Shown piece after piece: positions 1-14,870 of a stretch of DNA of 64,000 nucleotides. Within the stretch, counting starts at the first letter, position 1; every line of letters begins with the position of its first letter. This stretch comes from the human T2T-CHM13v2.0 reference genome, Homo sapiens, in the NCBI RefSeq assembly GCF_009914755.1, contig NC_060947.1; one strand, 5' to 3'. A program made the translations under genes and the position numbers. The notes below the pieces were generated by a model. That model made no database searches, was not told where the DNA came from, and was given only the letters and a program-made list of their open reading frames with translations.

Positions 1-3000
1 AGGGAAATCTTTCCCAGAAGTCCCCCAGTGAACTTCCCCTTGTTTCATTGACCCAACCTAGGCCACACAGACACCTATAAATACGGCAAGAGGAATGGGA
101 TGACCATGCTTGGCTTGGACCAGTGATGATAATGACTAGGGACACCTTCCTTGAGATCAAGAGCTCTTGCCTAGAAAGCCTGACACAAACAGGGTTCTGC
201 TATCAAGTAGGACATAAAGACAGGAAGGCCAATGAGCAGGCACCGAACAGTGTTTGCCCCAGCCATCCATTTCTCTATCAACAAGTAAACACGTTGCTCT
301 GGGCCACCTCTTAGTGAGATTGAGGAGAAGACTCTAGCTGCAGTTAAAAAACAAAGCAAAGCAAAAGCCTGAGACATATAAATACACATAATCAACACAT
401 GCAGTGTTAGCTCAAACTCCCAAATAGCACTCCTTCCCCATCTCTCAAACTACACTTGTCTTTTTGTAAATTCTTTTCTCCATCAAAGCTGTCCTTGACA
501 TTCCTTTTAAACTAATGTTTATAGATGGAGGTTCTAGGCATGGGAGGAGATAGATAGGTCCTTGTCCCTCTCTGGTCTCCCTCCTCTGTCCACCTCACCA
601 TTGTAACATCTGATCTCAATCACTCTGGATTGATGAAATTATTTTGTCCCATGCTATTCATAGAAAGAAATAAGATACAGGGGAAATGATAGTCTGCTGC
701 AGTAAGATAACAGATTCAGAATATTTTTTTCTATTTCATTTCTAAGATAATTATATTTAACCTCAAATCTATCACAATCAGAAATTTTTCGACCACATTT
801 TGTATTGTGCTAAAAAAAATCAACAGTAGTCATATTTTTTAAAGCAGCTGTCAGATTTAATCTTGTAACAGTTTATTGACTCGAAACACCTTAAATAATG
901 GTTTGGGGATCTGTACTGTAGCAAGAATCTTCATTTCTTATTTTGGATTCAATATTACAACATCAGCCTTCTACCTTAAGGAAATGTAGAAACCGAATGC
1001 TTTTCAAAATGTTTCATAACCTTTCTAAAATTGCAGCACTTTATTAAAATGGCATTTAAACTGTTTTTAAAATGTACCTTGGATTCTTGATAACACTATT
1101 ATTTTGATAACACATTGATTTATTTTCCTATCTGTATAGGAAATGCTGTGGGTTTTTTTCCACAAATTTTTCCAAAAGACTTATGGCAGGCCATCTTTAT
1201 CTCTCCAGTGCAGTGACTCAATCATCATTTCAACTTTTTCATCTTTTCTTTTAAAATGCTTATTGAATCAGGGAAAAAATTGAGCACCTAACTCTTCTGT
1301 ACAAGTGGCAACTCCATTTATCTCCTCAAAAAAACAAAAATGAAGTGGAGAAAAAGTAATTATCTTTGGAAGACAATCAGTACTCACTGTTGACTGCCAA
1401 TCTAGAATACCTCACCTCAACTTGGTCTCAACAGCCTTGGGGGAGGAAAGGCAAAAAGGCACTCAAATTATCAGAACTAATTGCCTCCTATTTGGCCTTG
1501 ATTTTGCCTTCATTTATGCATTTAGTCATCTGCTCACTCACTAAATGTGCCCCTCTTATGTGCCAGGCACTGACTGTTCAGGCACTAAGGAGATAACAAT
1601 GCACTAGACAAAGATCTCTGCCCTCAAAGAGCTTATGCACACTGTGTATTGGGAAAAACTGACATCATTCAATGAAAACACAGAGAGTAAAAGCATTAAA
1701 AAACTTTAAAGTGATCCCAGAGTGGTTCAACATCCTTAATGGATTGATGAAATCTCTGGGACCTAGAGGACCTAAAGTCATACAGCTGGTCCATGGGGCT
1801 GGATACAGAACCTATATCTCCCAAATAATCATTGCTAATGTTTACTAAGTGCACTGTGCTTTACATGTATAGGTTGAACCATACAAAATTGCTGTAATTT
1901 GATTGGTTTTCACCTACAGAAATGAGAAATTCAGAAAGTTCAGCCTATTTTTATCACATTAAATGCTCACAATTCTTTAAAGTCAATAATACATTATCTC
2001 CAATTGACATGTGGAGAAAATTAGGCAGAGAGAGGTTAAGTGACATATCCATTTGATATGACTGGGTTTTGAACTTGGATCTTTTTGATGCTAGGGCCAG
2101 AGCTTTTGGCTCTATACTATGCTGCCTCCTGAGTTAGTGGCTGTTAATTTCCACTGTGCTGTCTCTCACCCCAGGAATCATACAATCAGTGAAACATTTA
2201 AAAGCAGAAATCTGAAGAAGAGCAAATGAGTGTCCATATAATGGATTTCATTAGAACAGAGCAAAGCCATTGATTTCATCTTCCAAATGGAAATCTCCAA
2301 AAAGAGACTGGTGTTTCTGGTAAGAAGTACATCAAAGGCCTTTGTCCTAGGTGAAGGAGGGGTAATGAGAAATCAAAATCATCATGATGGAAATTTGAAC
2401 TCCTTCGATGGTCTGGAGCACCACCTTCTTTCTGTTCAGGATTATTTGTTTAGTTTGCTTCATGACAATAGAAAAGCCTCTCCCCTTATGAATCTCAAAG
2501 AGAACGCTGAATGACATGAGGGCAACCGTCAAAATCCTTAGGTTTGCTTGGGTTCTGGTGTAGAGGCAAAATTTAGTTGCTTACCAGTAATTTTTTTTTA
2601 GAACTAAGCATGTCTAATTGGTTCTTTTCAAATTTACCAATCAGATGAATCACTTTACTTCCCCAGGGGGCCAAAGAAGAGAAGAACTTACTATTAATTC
2701 CTGGGGGAAAAAAATGCACTGACAAATATTTCAAATCCATATCATGCCTGTTAACAGACAAGTTATTGGGGTAGGAGTCATGAAGAAATTAGCCAAAGAC
2801 AAGAAGGCCTTCAGAAGATGTGTTTGTTGTTGATGATTTGTAATTGTTTATTTCATTGAATGAAAAGATTTTTCTTTCTTCGACACAAATCTGTATAGCC
2901 TGTCCCCGTTCTGCACACCCTACCCAGCCTGCCCTGTCAAGCAACTAGCAAAACTCAAAAACGAGCCCCAGGCCTCACTCAGATTGACCTGCAGTGTCCC

Positions 3001-3472
3001 CTGAAGTACAGGCATTATAATGAACATAATGATGGCAGTTAAGGGAAGAGTGTGGCTTGTTCCATTCCTTTTGATTAGACATAAAACAGAAACATATGTT
3101 TTTACTACCCTTCTCATCTTTGGCAGTATTTTTCTGTCATATGTTGTATAGGGACAATGTAGCTTCATGAACAACTTTTTCTTACAAAATGTGAGCTTGC
3201 AAAACAATGCAAATGTCTATCGATAGAGAAATGGATAAGTAAGTTACAGTGCATCCTTCAACAGATGCGTATACATCCTGTGAAAAGCAGGAAGTAGATC
3301 TGTATATATCCACATGGGAAGATCTTTGAAATATGATATTAAGTGAAAAAATGGGACACAGAACAATATGTGTATTACAATCCCATTTGCGTTAAAAAAA
3401 AAGGAAAGAAAACTAAAGATACATATATATGAGCAAATAAAGTCTATAAGAAAACACAAGAAGCTATTGATA

Positions 3473-3607
3473 GGCCAGGTGTGGTGGCTCACGCCAGTAA
3501 TCCCAACACTTTGGGAGGCCCAGGCGGGCAGATCCCTCGAGCTTAGGAGTTCGAGACCAGTCTGAGCAACATGGCAAAAACCCATCTCTACAAAATACAA
3601 AAAAAAA
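3473..3607 (+). mobile_element. Alu left monomer (FLAM-like) inserted in an old L1 3' fragment
   Basis: GGCCAGGTGTGGTGGCTCACGCC...TCTCTACAAAATACAAAAA; TSD-like AGAAGCTATTGA / AGAAGTATTGA. Confidence 0.85.
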
Positions 3608-3711
3608 GAAGAAGAAGTATTGACAGTGGGTGTGACTTCTGGGTGGCGTAAGGGGACAGAGGTGTTTTCATTTGGTCCTGTACTGTTTGAGGAGGTGTGT
3701 TTGAGGAGGTG

Positions 3712-3772
3712 TTTTGTTTGTTTGTTGTTTGTTCAGGATTTTGTTTTGTTTTGTTTTGTTTTGTTTTGTTTT
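3712..3772. repeat. (TTTTG)n / (TTTG)n simple repeat
   Basis: Directly visible. Confidence 0.9.
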
Positions 3773-4078
3773 GCAATGACTATGATACTTTTGTAAATTT
3801 AAAAGACATTTTAAAGAGTTAATGATAAAATCTGTATTTATAATAATATGCAAGTGGAAAAAAGAGAAAGAGAGCTGAAGTGAGCCAGAAATTTGTATTT
3901 TTAAGAAGTATCCCAGACAATTCTGATGCAGGTGCTCCAAGAATTATACATATATTTTAAATTTATATTTCACTTAAAACTTTTAACATTTTGACACGTT
4001 TCTTCTATCTCTCTGGATACATGTGGTGTGTGTGTGTGTAAATTCTGGAACACTGAAAGGTTGCAGACATTTGTCATT

Positions 4079-4837
4079 TGTTGACAGAAAGAGTCAAACT
4101 CTGTAAAATATTTGAAGAGATTTATTCTGAGCCAAATATGAGTGACCGTGGCCTGTGACACATCCTTCAGGAGGTCCTGAGAACATCTGCCCAGGGTGGT
4201 TGGGGAACAGCTTAGTTTTATACATTTTAGAGAGGCATGAGACATCAATCAAATATTTAAGAAATATATTGGTTTGGTCCAGGAAGGTGGGACAACTCAA
4301 AGTAGGGCAGGGGGTGGAGGGGGGCGTTCTAGGCTACAGGTGAATCTAAACATTTTCTGGTTGACAATTAATTGGTTGAGTTTGTCTAAAGACCTGGGAT
4401 TCATAGAAAGGGAATGTTCAGGTTAAGGTAAAGATTGTGGAGACCAAAGTTCTTTTCAAGTCTTATAGTGGCTGCCCTTAGAGACAACAGATGACAAATG
4501 TTTCCTGTTCAGATCTTAATCTCTTTTGGATTGGGAGGATCTGGAAGAAAAATATCTAGCTATGTTAATAGAGTTTCTTTACAGATGTAAATTTTCCCCC
4601 ACAAAGAATGGCTTTGCAGGGCCATTTCAAAATATGGCAAAGAAACTTGTTTCGGGGTAAAATATTTTTATTTTCTTCCTTGTCTCGTAATGTTATGCCA
4701 GAGTCAGGTTGGAAAGTCACAATATATAGGGTTAAATAAAACCCATCTGATGAGAATTTATTATTTGTAGGCCATGACTCCCCAGGCCCCTTAGATAGGA
4801 ATTTGGGTAAGATTAAAAAATCAGAGTTTAGTCCTCA
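4079..4837 (-). mobile_element. Solo ERV1 LTR, MER4 family (MER4E-like)
   Basis: Minus strand starts TGAGGACTAAACTCTGATTTTTT and ends TGTCAACA (TG...CA); about 760 bp; 4-bp near-TSD CATT/TATT. Confidence 0.8.
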
Positions 4838-4996
4838 TATTTTAACAGCACTTCAACCCTAAATACTTCAGCATGTATCTTCTAAGAACCATAAGCACAA
4901 TGTCACTATCATACGAAGACATTTAACATCAAATGAGTAATGTTAAAAACAGCCAAAATTCATATTTCTCAAATTGTCTCACAATACCTTCAATAA

Positions 4997-5188
<192 letters not shown>

Positions 5189-7321
5189 TGAGTGATTGAC
5201 TGTATCATATATAGTTATATAAACACATAGAAGAAGATCTGTAACCACACTGAACTAGTCATAGTGGGTACCTCTGGGGAGTGGAATTATGGAAGGAGAA
5301 CTTTCACTTTTTACTTCATAGGCTTCTCTACTAGCTGAAAGTTTATAGCAAACATATCTCATCTTTGTAATTAGAAAAATACCAAAATAGGGATTATTAA
5401 AAGTAAAAGAGCTTGAAAGAGCCAAGAAGCTGCTTAGCAGAACATATCAGGCAGCAGGTGGCAGGATTGCCTCAACTTCTGCTTCCCTCTGCCAGGCTAG
5501 GGTGCACCAGAGCCCAAGTACATGCTGGCGTGGCACCGGCAGAATGCCAGGAAGAGTGGTGTGAATATGGGGCAAAGGGCTGCAATTAACATATAGCGCC
5601 GTGTGGCCCCTGGCCGTCAGTGGCTGCGGACTTACTTCACATTTGTAAAATCTTCTTTGTGGCTTCCTGCATGCTTTGATTCATGGGATTCTACGGCATT
5701 GCCCTGCCTTTGAGAACCCCAAGGAGATTCCTACAGCTAACTTCCGGACAGTCAACCAGGCATTCAAATTTACCAGTGTCAGTTGGCTCTAGAATGACCT
5801 CTGCTTCAGGTTGCTAAGAATTTCCCAGGTACTGGCTGAGGAGTTTGGGGTTATTGTTTTGAAGCCTTCATAGGTTCATGACTGTAGTCTGTGTACATCT
5901 CTATAAATGCATATTTGAAGAAGAAAAATCTAGAAAAATGTGTTCATTAGACACTTTTCCCTCACCCATTTCCTCAAGGTTCTTCTCATTCTATAACAGC
6001 TGCCCTCACCAGAGGCATTTCTAAGCAGGATGGTTTTGTCCTTGCCAACATAAGCCAATGGTTAGATGAACGATACCGTGATATGTAGACGAGGCAGAAG
6101 GCAGAAGGGCAAGGCAGTGCTCTTGCTGCCAGCCAAGTCTGACTATCTTTTGTGCCACTCTGCTTCCAGGATCTGCTGCAAAGCTCACCTTGGGTTAAGA
6201 TTTTGCTGTAAGATCCCCTTCCCTGCCAAAACCTGCCACACTGAGACATGCACACGTGTGCACACACATGTTGATGCACACACACACATCTAGCTCTGGC
6301 CAGGAAGTTCATAAGAAGCCTTTGCCCCTCTTTATTTTACCCAGGCACCTCTTCCTTCACCCACTCCATGCTGCCAGCTGGCCTCAGTGCTGCTTGGCCA
6401 ATGTCCATCATCCTGCTGAACTTCCACTGTTGCAACTTGCCTCCCTCTGCACTCCAAACTCCTGACTCTATACCCATTCTGCATAGGCTTCAGTCAGGGC
6501 TCCTTTGGACTCAAGGAACAGAGACCCATTCGAGCTGGTTCAACAACAAGCTGTGGGTGTTGGTGGGGCAGGAAGGTGGGGCATAGGTCATTGTAAGGAG
6601 ACCAAGATCTCATGGTACTCCCAAGACAGCCACCATAGTGGGACCTGGAACAGGTAGCAAGGCAGCTACAATTTCTGGTTCTCTCTCCAGAGGCCCATGA
6701 TATTTCTCTTGGTGTCTCTGCTCCTCACAGTATACCTGCTCCATTCTCCTCTTTCTACTGACTGATCTCCTCAGAACTTTTGTCCATACATGGCCCCTCA
6801 CGGTTGACCGAGCTCCATGTCTGTATTATAGCCTTTCAGTTTCAGTATATTAGTCTTTCAGACTCCCAGACTCTTGGCCTTCCAATACCATACCCCCAAG
6901 AGAGAAATCCGATTTCCCAAGCTCCAGACCACAGAGGTTCTACATAGAGCATGAACCTGCCTAAAAGGGGGTCATCATCAGATCAGATGATCACCAATCC
7001 TGCTGCAATCAGACAAGACTGGGAGCGGGGGCAGTTTCTATAGACATTTAGCGTCCCAGGAGTGATGAGCAGATCCCCTATGGGTGGGCAGGGAAATTAT
7101 AATCATCTCTAGTACAGTAGGCCTGGAAACTGGTCTGGTGAAAATCTAGACCCAAGGGCTCTGTCTACCTACCAGTATTTGAAAATCCTGCGTGATATTC
7201 ATGTGTCCCATCTAGTCTTAGAAACTCCCAGAATTTTCAGCTCCTAAGCCCCATCAGGATGATGCCTTTCCTAGCCCCTGTTCACTGGTCCCCATTGTTT
7301 CCATTTAAGTTTCTTTGTTGA

Positions 7322-8030
<709 letters not shown>

Positions 8031-8474
8031 CACATCTCTCAAAATTTCAGAGGCAGAACTGCAAAAAGACTTTCCTAGGACTACTGAGAAATGTTTAAGT
8101 AAAAGAAAAATATTAGACACTCTCTAGCTTCCAATAAGCTTTGCCTGGGCATAAGATAACTCATGAAATAGAAAGAGGTACAAATCCCAGCAAAAGATAG
8201 TCAAGCATCGTAGTGAAATTCCATGCCAGAGCTCACGATTCTCCCACACTAGTAGGAAGAATGACAGTGTAAGGGGATATATGCATGGATGATGGCATCA
8301 GATTTTGCCAAGGAGTTGGTGGAGCCTAACAGAGCAATTGCTTTTGCCTGCGGGAAGTATCATATTTAGGTCAAAACAGCCAGTGTTAGGCAAGGGGTGG
8401 CAGGAAGGGCATAACTATTTTGGAAGGCAGAGCATGGCTCAACTTGTTTTACTGACTGAGTGATTTTCCATGTA

Positions 8475-9109
<635 letters not shown>

Positions 9110-9200
9110 CAACAGCAGCATCTGTAGAGCTTCATTCAGGATAGCTATTATCTCATAGCATTTATAAAGGTAAGCAGAGCAGTGTTTCTACAACTAATAG

Positions 9201-9595
<395 letters not shown>

Positions 9596-9874
9596 AAGCC
9601 TAATTTATATTACTCAGCTCTCAGTTTAAAAGTTCGGCATGTCTGTTAGGAGTTTTCGAATTTATTCAGCCATTAAATACTTTAAAATTATAATCTATTG
9701 CGAACACACCAGCAGGTACCCATGGATAGCACATGCAGATAGCAGAAAGCAAAACATAGTTTTCACAATTAGTTGTTGCTTACAAATATGACCAGGATGT
9801 GATTCATATGCTGATTTAGTCTTTATTACAGAATTGTGTGTGTGTGTGTGTTGGGGGGCGGGGGGGGAGGGGAA

Positions 9875-10149
9875 GGGTCTCACTCTGTCACCCAGGCTGG
9901 AGTGCAGAGGTGCAATCTCCGCTACTGCAACCTCTGCCTCCTGGGTTCAACCAATTCTCCTGCCTCAGCCTCCAAAGTAGCTGGGATTACAGGTGTGCGC
10001 CACCATGCCCTGCTAATTTTTGTATTTTTGATAGAGACAGGGTTTCACCACGTTGGCCAGGCTGGTGTCGAACTCCTGGCCTCAAGGAATCTGCCTGCTT
10101 TGGCCTCCCAAAGTGCTGGGATTACAGGCATGAGCCACTGTGTCTGGCC
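9875..10149 (-). mobile_element. Alu with atypical TG/G-rich tail region
   Basis: Antisense Alu body preceded by (TG)n and G-runs instead of poly-T. Confidence 0.92.
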
Positions 10150-11586
10150 AAGAATTTTTAAATAGAGAAATTAAATCAAGTTAAGTGTATCAAAACATGA
10201 TGTTGAGTACCTTAAACATACACAATAAAAATTAATAATAAATCTTGCCTACTTCCATTGGGCAACTTCTTGTTGCACCTAAAAATAAGAAATTAGATCA
10301 CTTTAATACTAAAAACTGCAAAATATAACAAGATAGAGCAATATATATTTACATTTTTATATGAAATATGACACAGAACACAAAACATTTACACACGAGA
10401 ACAGTGAACTGTTCCTTCTCAAAAGATATCCCATAACGCCCATTTAATATTAAGAATGAAGTTCCATTATCCTTATGTCAGGTATAGTATTACGTTTATT
10501 CCTGTTTGCTTTTTCTTGTTTTACAAAGGTCTGCGTAGCAAAAGGAAGAACACAAAATGCATATTTTGCAGCATTTCCAACTCTTAGATTAGACTGCTCC
10601 CAAACTCATGAATTATTTCATAAGCTGTTGAAATAGCTGCTTCTTTCCAATTTTTAGAAAGTGGGGCTGGGATGGGCCATCCCTACTTAGAAGTATTCTG
10701 GTTTTTTGTTTGTGTGATACAGACACAGTGTGAGAGACATAAATCTCTGCTTCTGGTGTTAAAGTTCCTTCTTTCCGTCACAGGCTCATGGAGAATGAAC
10801 AGATGAAAAACACACATTTAATAGACAAGACACAATGCATTATATGACAAATACATGTAACTGGAATGATAGCCACTGCCTGTCCCCTCATCTCTCTATG
10901 TCAGGGTTGCTAGGACAGAAAAATCCTCATTCAGCCTCCATTCCCAGAGATTGCAGGAGAGAGCCAGTCCTTGGAATTTGACCTGGCCTCCAAAATAAAG
11001 AAAATGCTTTCCATTTCTTCTGCTAGTTTTTGGGGTTGGTGACTCTGGGATAGGCCTACTTTTTATGCCTCTGGAATGCTCTTCTCCCTTGCCCCTTTGG
11101 GCACAGTCTGAAAGGGGAAGCAGAGCTCGAGAGGGCTAGCTGGGCAGGTTTTGTGAAGCTTTGGAAAAAATTTCTCTCCTTTCCAGTATGAATCAGACTG
11201 GACCATCCTTGATAACTAATGGGGACCCATGAGAGGTATTAATCCAGGAGAAGCAGATCATCTCCTAAGGGTATGAGCTCTCGAGTCAGGCTGCCTAGGT
11301 TCAAATCTACCATTTACTAACTGTGTGACCTTGAGCAATCTTGAGGTTACTAGCTGTGTAAGCTCCCTGAGCCTCAATTCCATCATCTGTAAAATGTTGA
11401 TAAAAATAGTCCTTACATGATGGAGTCATTGTGACAATTAAATTGCTACATCTCATTGATTCTAAGGCATCACCAATTATAAGATAAACCATTATTTTAT
11501 GTACCACTAAGAAAGAAAATAACAAGTTGCTCCTTAAACTCTATATGCCACTGATTTTGAGACACATCCTGGTTTCAGAAATGTTA

Positions 11587-11953
<367 letters not shown>

Positions 11954-12038
11954 TTAATACTGATCAAGTACTTAGAGCAGTGCCTGGCATATAGCAAGTG
12001 CTCAAAGGTTGCTATGATGCAGTGTGATTTCCCTAAAG

Positions 12039-12250
12039 CAAGCTTGTCCAACCCATGGCCTACAGGCCGCATGTGGCCCAGGACAGCTTTGAATGTGGCC
12101 CAACGCAAATTCATAAACTTTCTTAAAACATTATGAGATTTTGTTTCATAATTTTTTTAAAAGTTTATCAGCTATCGTTAGTGTTAGTGTATTTTATGTA
12201 TGGCCCAAGACAACTTTTCTTCCTCCAATGTGGAAGATGGGACACTCCTG
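12039..12250. mobile_element. MER30 hAT-Charlie DNA transposon
   Basis: CAAGCTTGTCCAACCC...GGACACTCCTG flanked by a perfect 8-bp TSD CCCTAAAG (12031-12038 and 12251-12258), the hAT hallmark. Confidence 0.85.
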
Positions 12251-12935
12251 CCCTAAAGGAAGGTAGTAATTCCCACCTTGAAAATGGAGGCCTTATTGAG
12301 AAGGAGGGCCCCACAGCCTTCAACAGGGGAGAGCAAGGCTAGGAACTGGGCATGCTCACAAAGGACCTTGGTGTAAGGATAAATTCTTTCATGTTTTTCT
12401 GTTGCACAACACAAAGGCAAAAGCCATTTTGCACGTACAGTGTTGCACCCTTCCCTCCCTCATTGTAATTCTCTTAGTTACCCTTACTCCCAACCCTTCG
12501 GTACAGTCCAGTGCTCCTACAGAACTCTGTGGCGGGCTTGTGGGGATTACTAGAGTGAGCAGTAAGGGAAGAAGGTCCTGCACCACATGTGATGTGGGGC
12601 TGAGGTCTAGGCAGGGGAGTGGCAGCACATCAGGAAAGGCCACCGTTCAGGAGATCCATGTGGTGACAAGCACAGCTCAGAGGTGAGCAGTGGCCTGCAA
12701 GGAAAAATCACTGTGAGTGGCCTGGAGGGATCTAAACTCAGAGAAGTGGCTGCCCAGTGACCATCTGACTGAGGAGTAAGTGTGAGAGGACAAAATCTCT
12801 TTCCCCAAGATTTTAGGGGAAAAGTGTCCATTGGGGTGGCAGAAGTGACACGTCCTTAGGTCACATAGATGATAACATTATAAGACAATATGCACAATCT
12901 AGACCAGCAGTCATTAAATCAGATCACTATCTTTA

Positions 12936-13327
<392 letters not shown>

Positions 13328-13602
13328 TTATGATGACAGTGGTGGTGATGATGATGATGATGATGATAATAGTTAACACTTAGGTACAACTGAATATATG
13401 CCAGGCACTATTCTAAGTGCGTTATCTGTATTAGCTCATTTACAACCCTATAAGTATAGTTATTATACTATTTTTGACAGTTGGGGAAACTGAGGCACAG
13501 AAATGTTAAGTTCTCCGAGGTATCACACCCCCACTCCCTCACATACCCACACACACCCTTATTAGGTGGCAGAGGTAGACAGAGTCAATGACCCTAACCA
13601 TG

Positions 13603-13746
13603 ACACCCAGCTAATTTTTGTATTTTTAGTAGAGACAGGGCTTTGCCATATTGGCCAGGTTGGTCTCAAACTCCTGGCCTGAAGTGATCCACCCACCTCT
13701 GCCTCCCAAAGTGCTGGGATTACAGGTGTGAGCCACCGTGCCTGGC
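13603..13746 (-). mobile_element. Alu left half
   Basis: CCCAGCTAATTTTTGTATTTTTAGTAGAGAC...GAGCCACCGTGCCTGGC. Confidence 0.9.
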
Positions 13747-14576
13747 TTCAAAAGCTGTTTTGAAACCAATTATGCCTCTTCAGATACCCGATGGTATCTT
13801 ATAATTGAGGAAATCCAAATAGTGGTTAAATGGTACCTATGGTCCAATTCCAGGCCCACCTTCAAGCATTGTGGAACTCTGAGATACAGTATAGTGTGGT
13901 GGCAAATAACACAGGTGGTGGCCTCTCTCTAGTCTGTGTTCAAGTTCCAGCTATGCCACTTACAAGCTGATTAAGCTTGGGTGAGTTTTTAAATCCCACT
14001 GATCCTCAGTTTCCTGTAAAATAAACATGATCCTAACATTTTCTATTTCACAGAGCTACTGTGCAGATAAAAAGAGACAATCCTGGTGAAAAAGAGACAA
14101 TCCTGGTGAAATTCCTTGAACACAGCAAGTGCTTTATAAAGAGAAACCATTTTTACCCTTCATTTGACTTCCTGGTGTGCTCAGATGAGGGGCCTTCCCC
14201 TCAGTGTTCAGTAAAAGGGGCGGTTCTGATGTGTTGAAGACTGGTGTCTTTTAAATAGGGGAGCTCATTAGTCATCTCAGGCTTTTTATACTCTTCTCAA
14301 TGCTTGACAGTGCACAACCAAGTATAAAGTGATCGCTAAAAAGGCCAGCACGCACCTGGAGAACCACTGCTACCACAAACCGGGCACAAACTTGTCCCAG
14401 ATGGGAATGGGTAACATTTGCTCCCTCAAACACAAAAACAGCTCCTCTAGGTTTTTGCTTCACATCGTCCAAATTTTTGAATGTTTGAAACCTGACTTAG
14501 ATTTGTGAGAAGCCCCAAAGGACTTTGTTAAGAAAAGCAAACACTCAAGCAAACAAAAAACAGGCACTGCCATCTT

Positions 14577-14870
14577 ATTTATTTTTATTTTTATTTTTTA
14601 TTTTTTGAGACAGGGTCTGGCTCTGTCGCCCAGGCTGGAGTGGAGTGGTGCAATCTTGGCTCAGTACAACCTCTGCCTCCTGGGCTTGAGTGATCCTCCC
14701 AAGTAGCTGAGACCATAGTCAAACAATGCCACACCCTGGCTAATTTTTGTATTTTTATTAGAGACTGGGTCTCCCAGTGTTGCCCAGGCTGGTCTCCAAC
14801 TCCTGGGCTCAAGCCTGCCTCGGCCTTGCAAAGTGCTAAGATTACAGGCGTGAGCCACCGTGCCCGGCCT
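14577..14870 (-). mobile_element. Old Alu (J-like) with small internal deletions
   Basis: Antisense Alu; TSD GGCACTGCCATCTT / GGCACTACCATCTT. Confidence 0.9.

Noticed and set aside
2242-2514. ~90-codon open frame in apparently unique sequence
   Set aside because: No recognisable protein similarity or convincing splice context; length is compatible with chance. tBLASTn or PhyloCSF would be needed.
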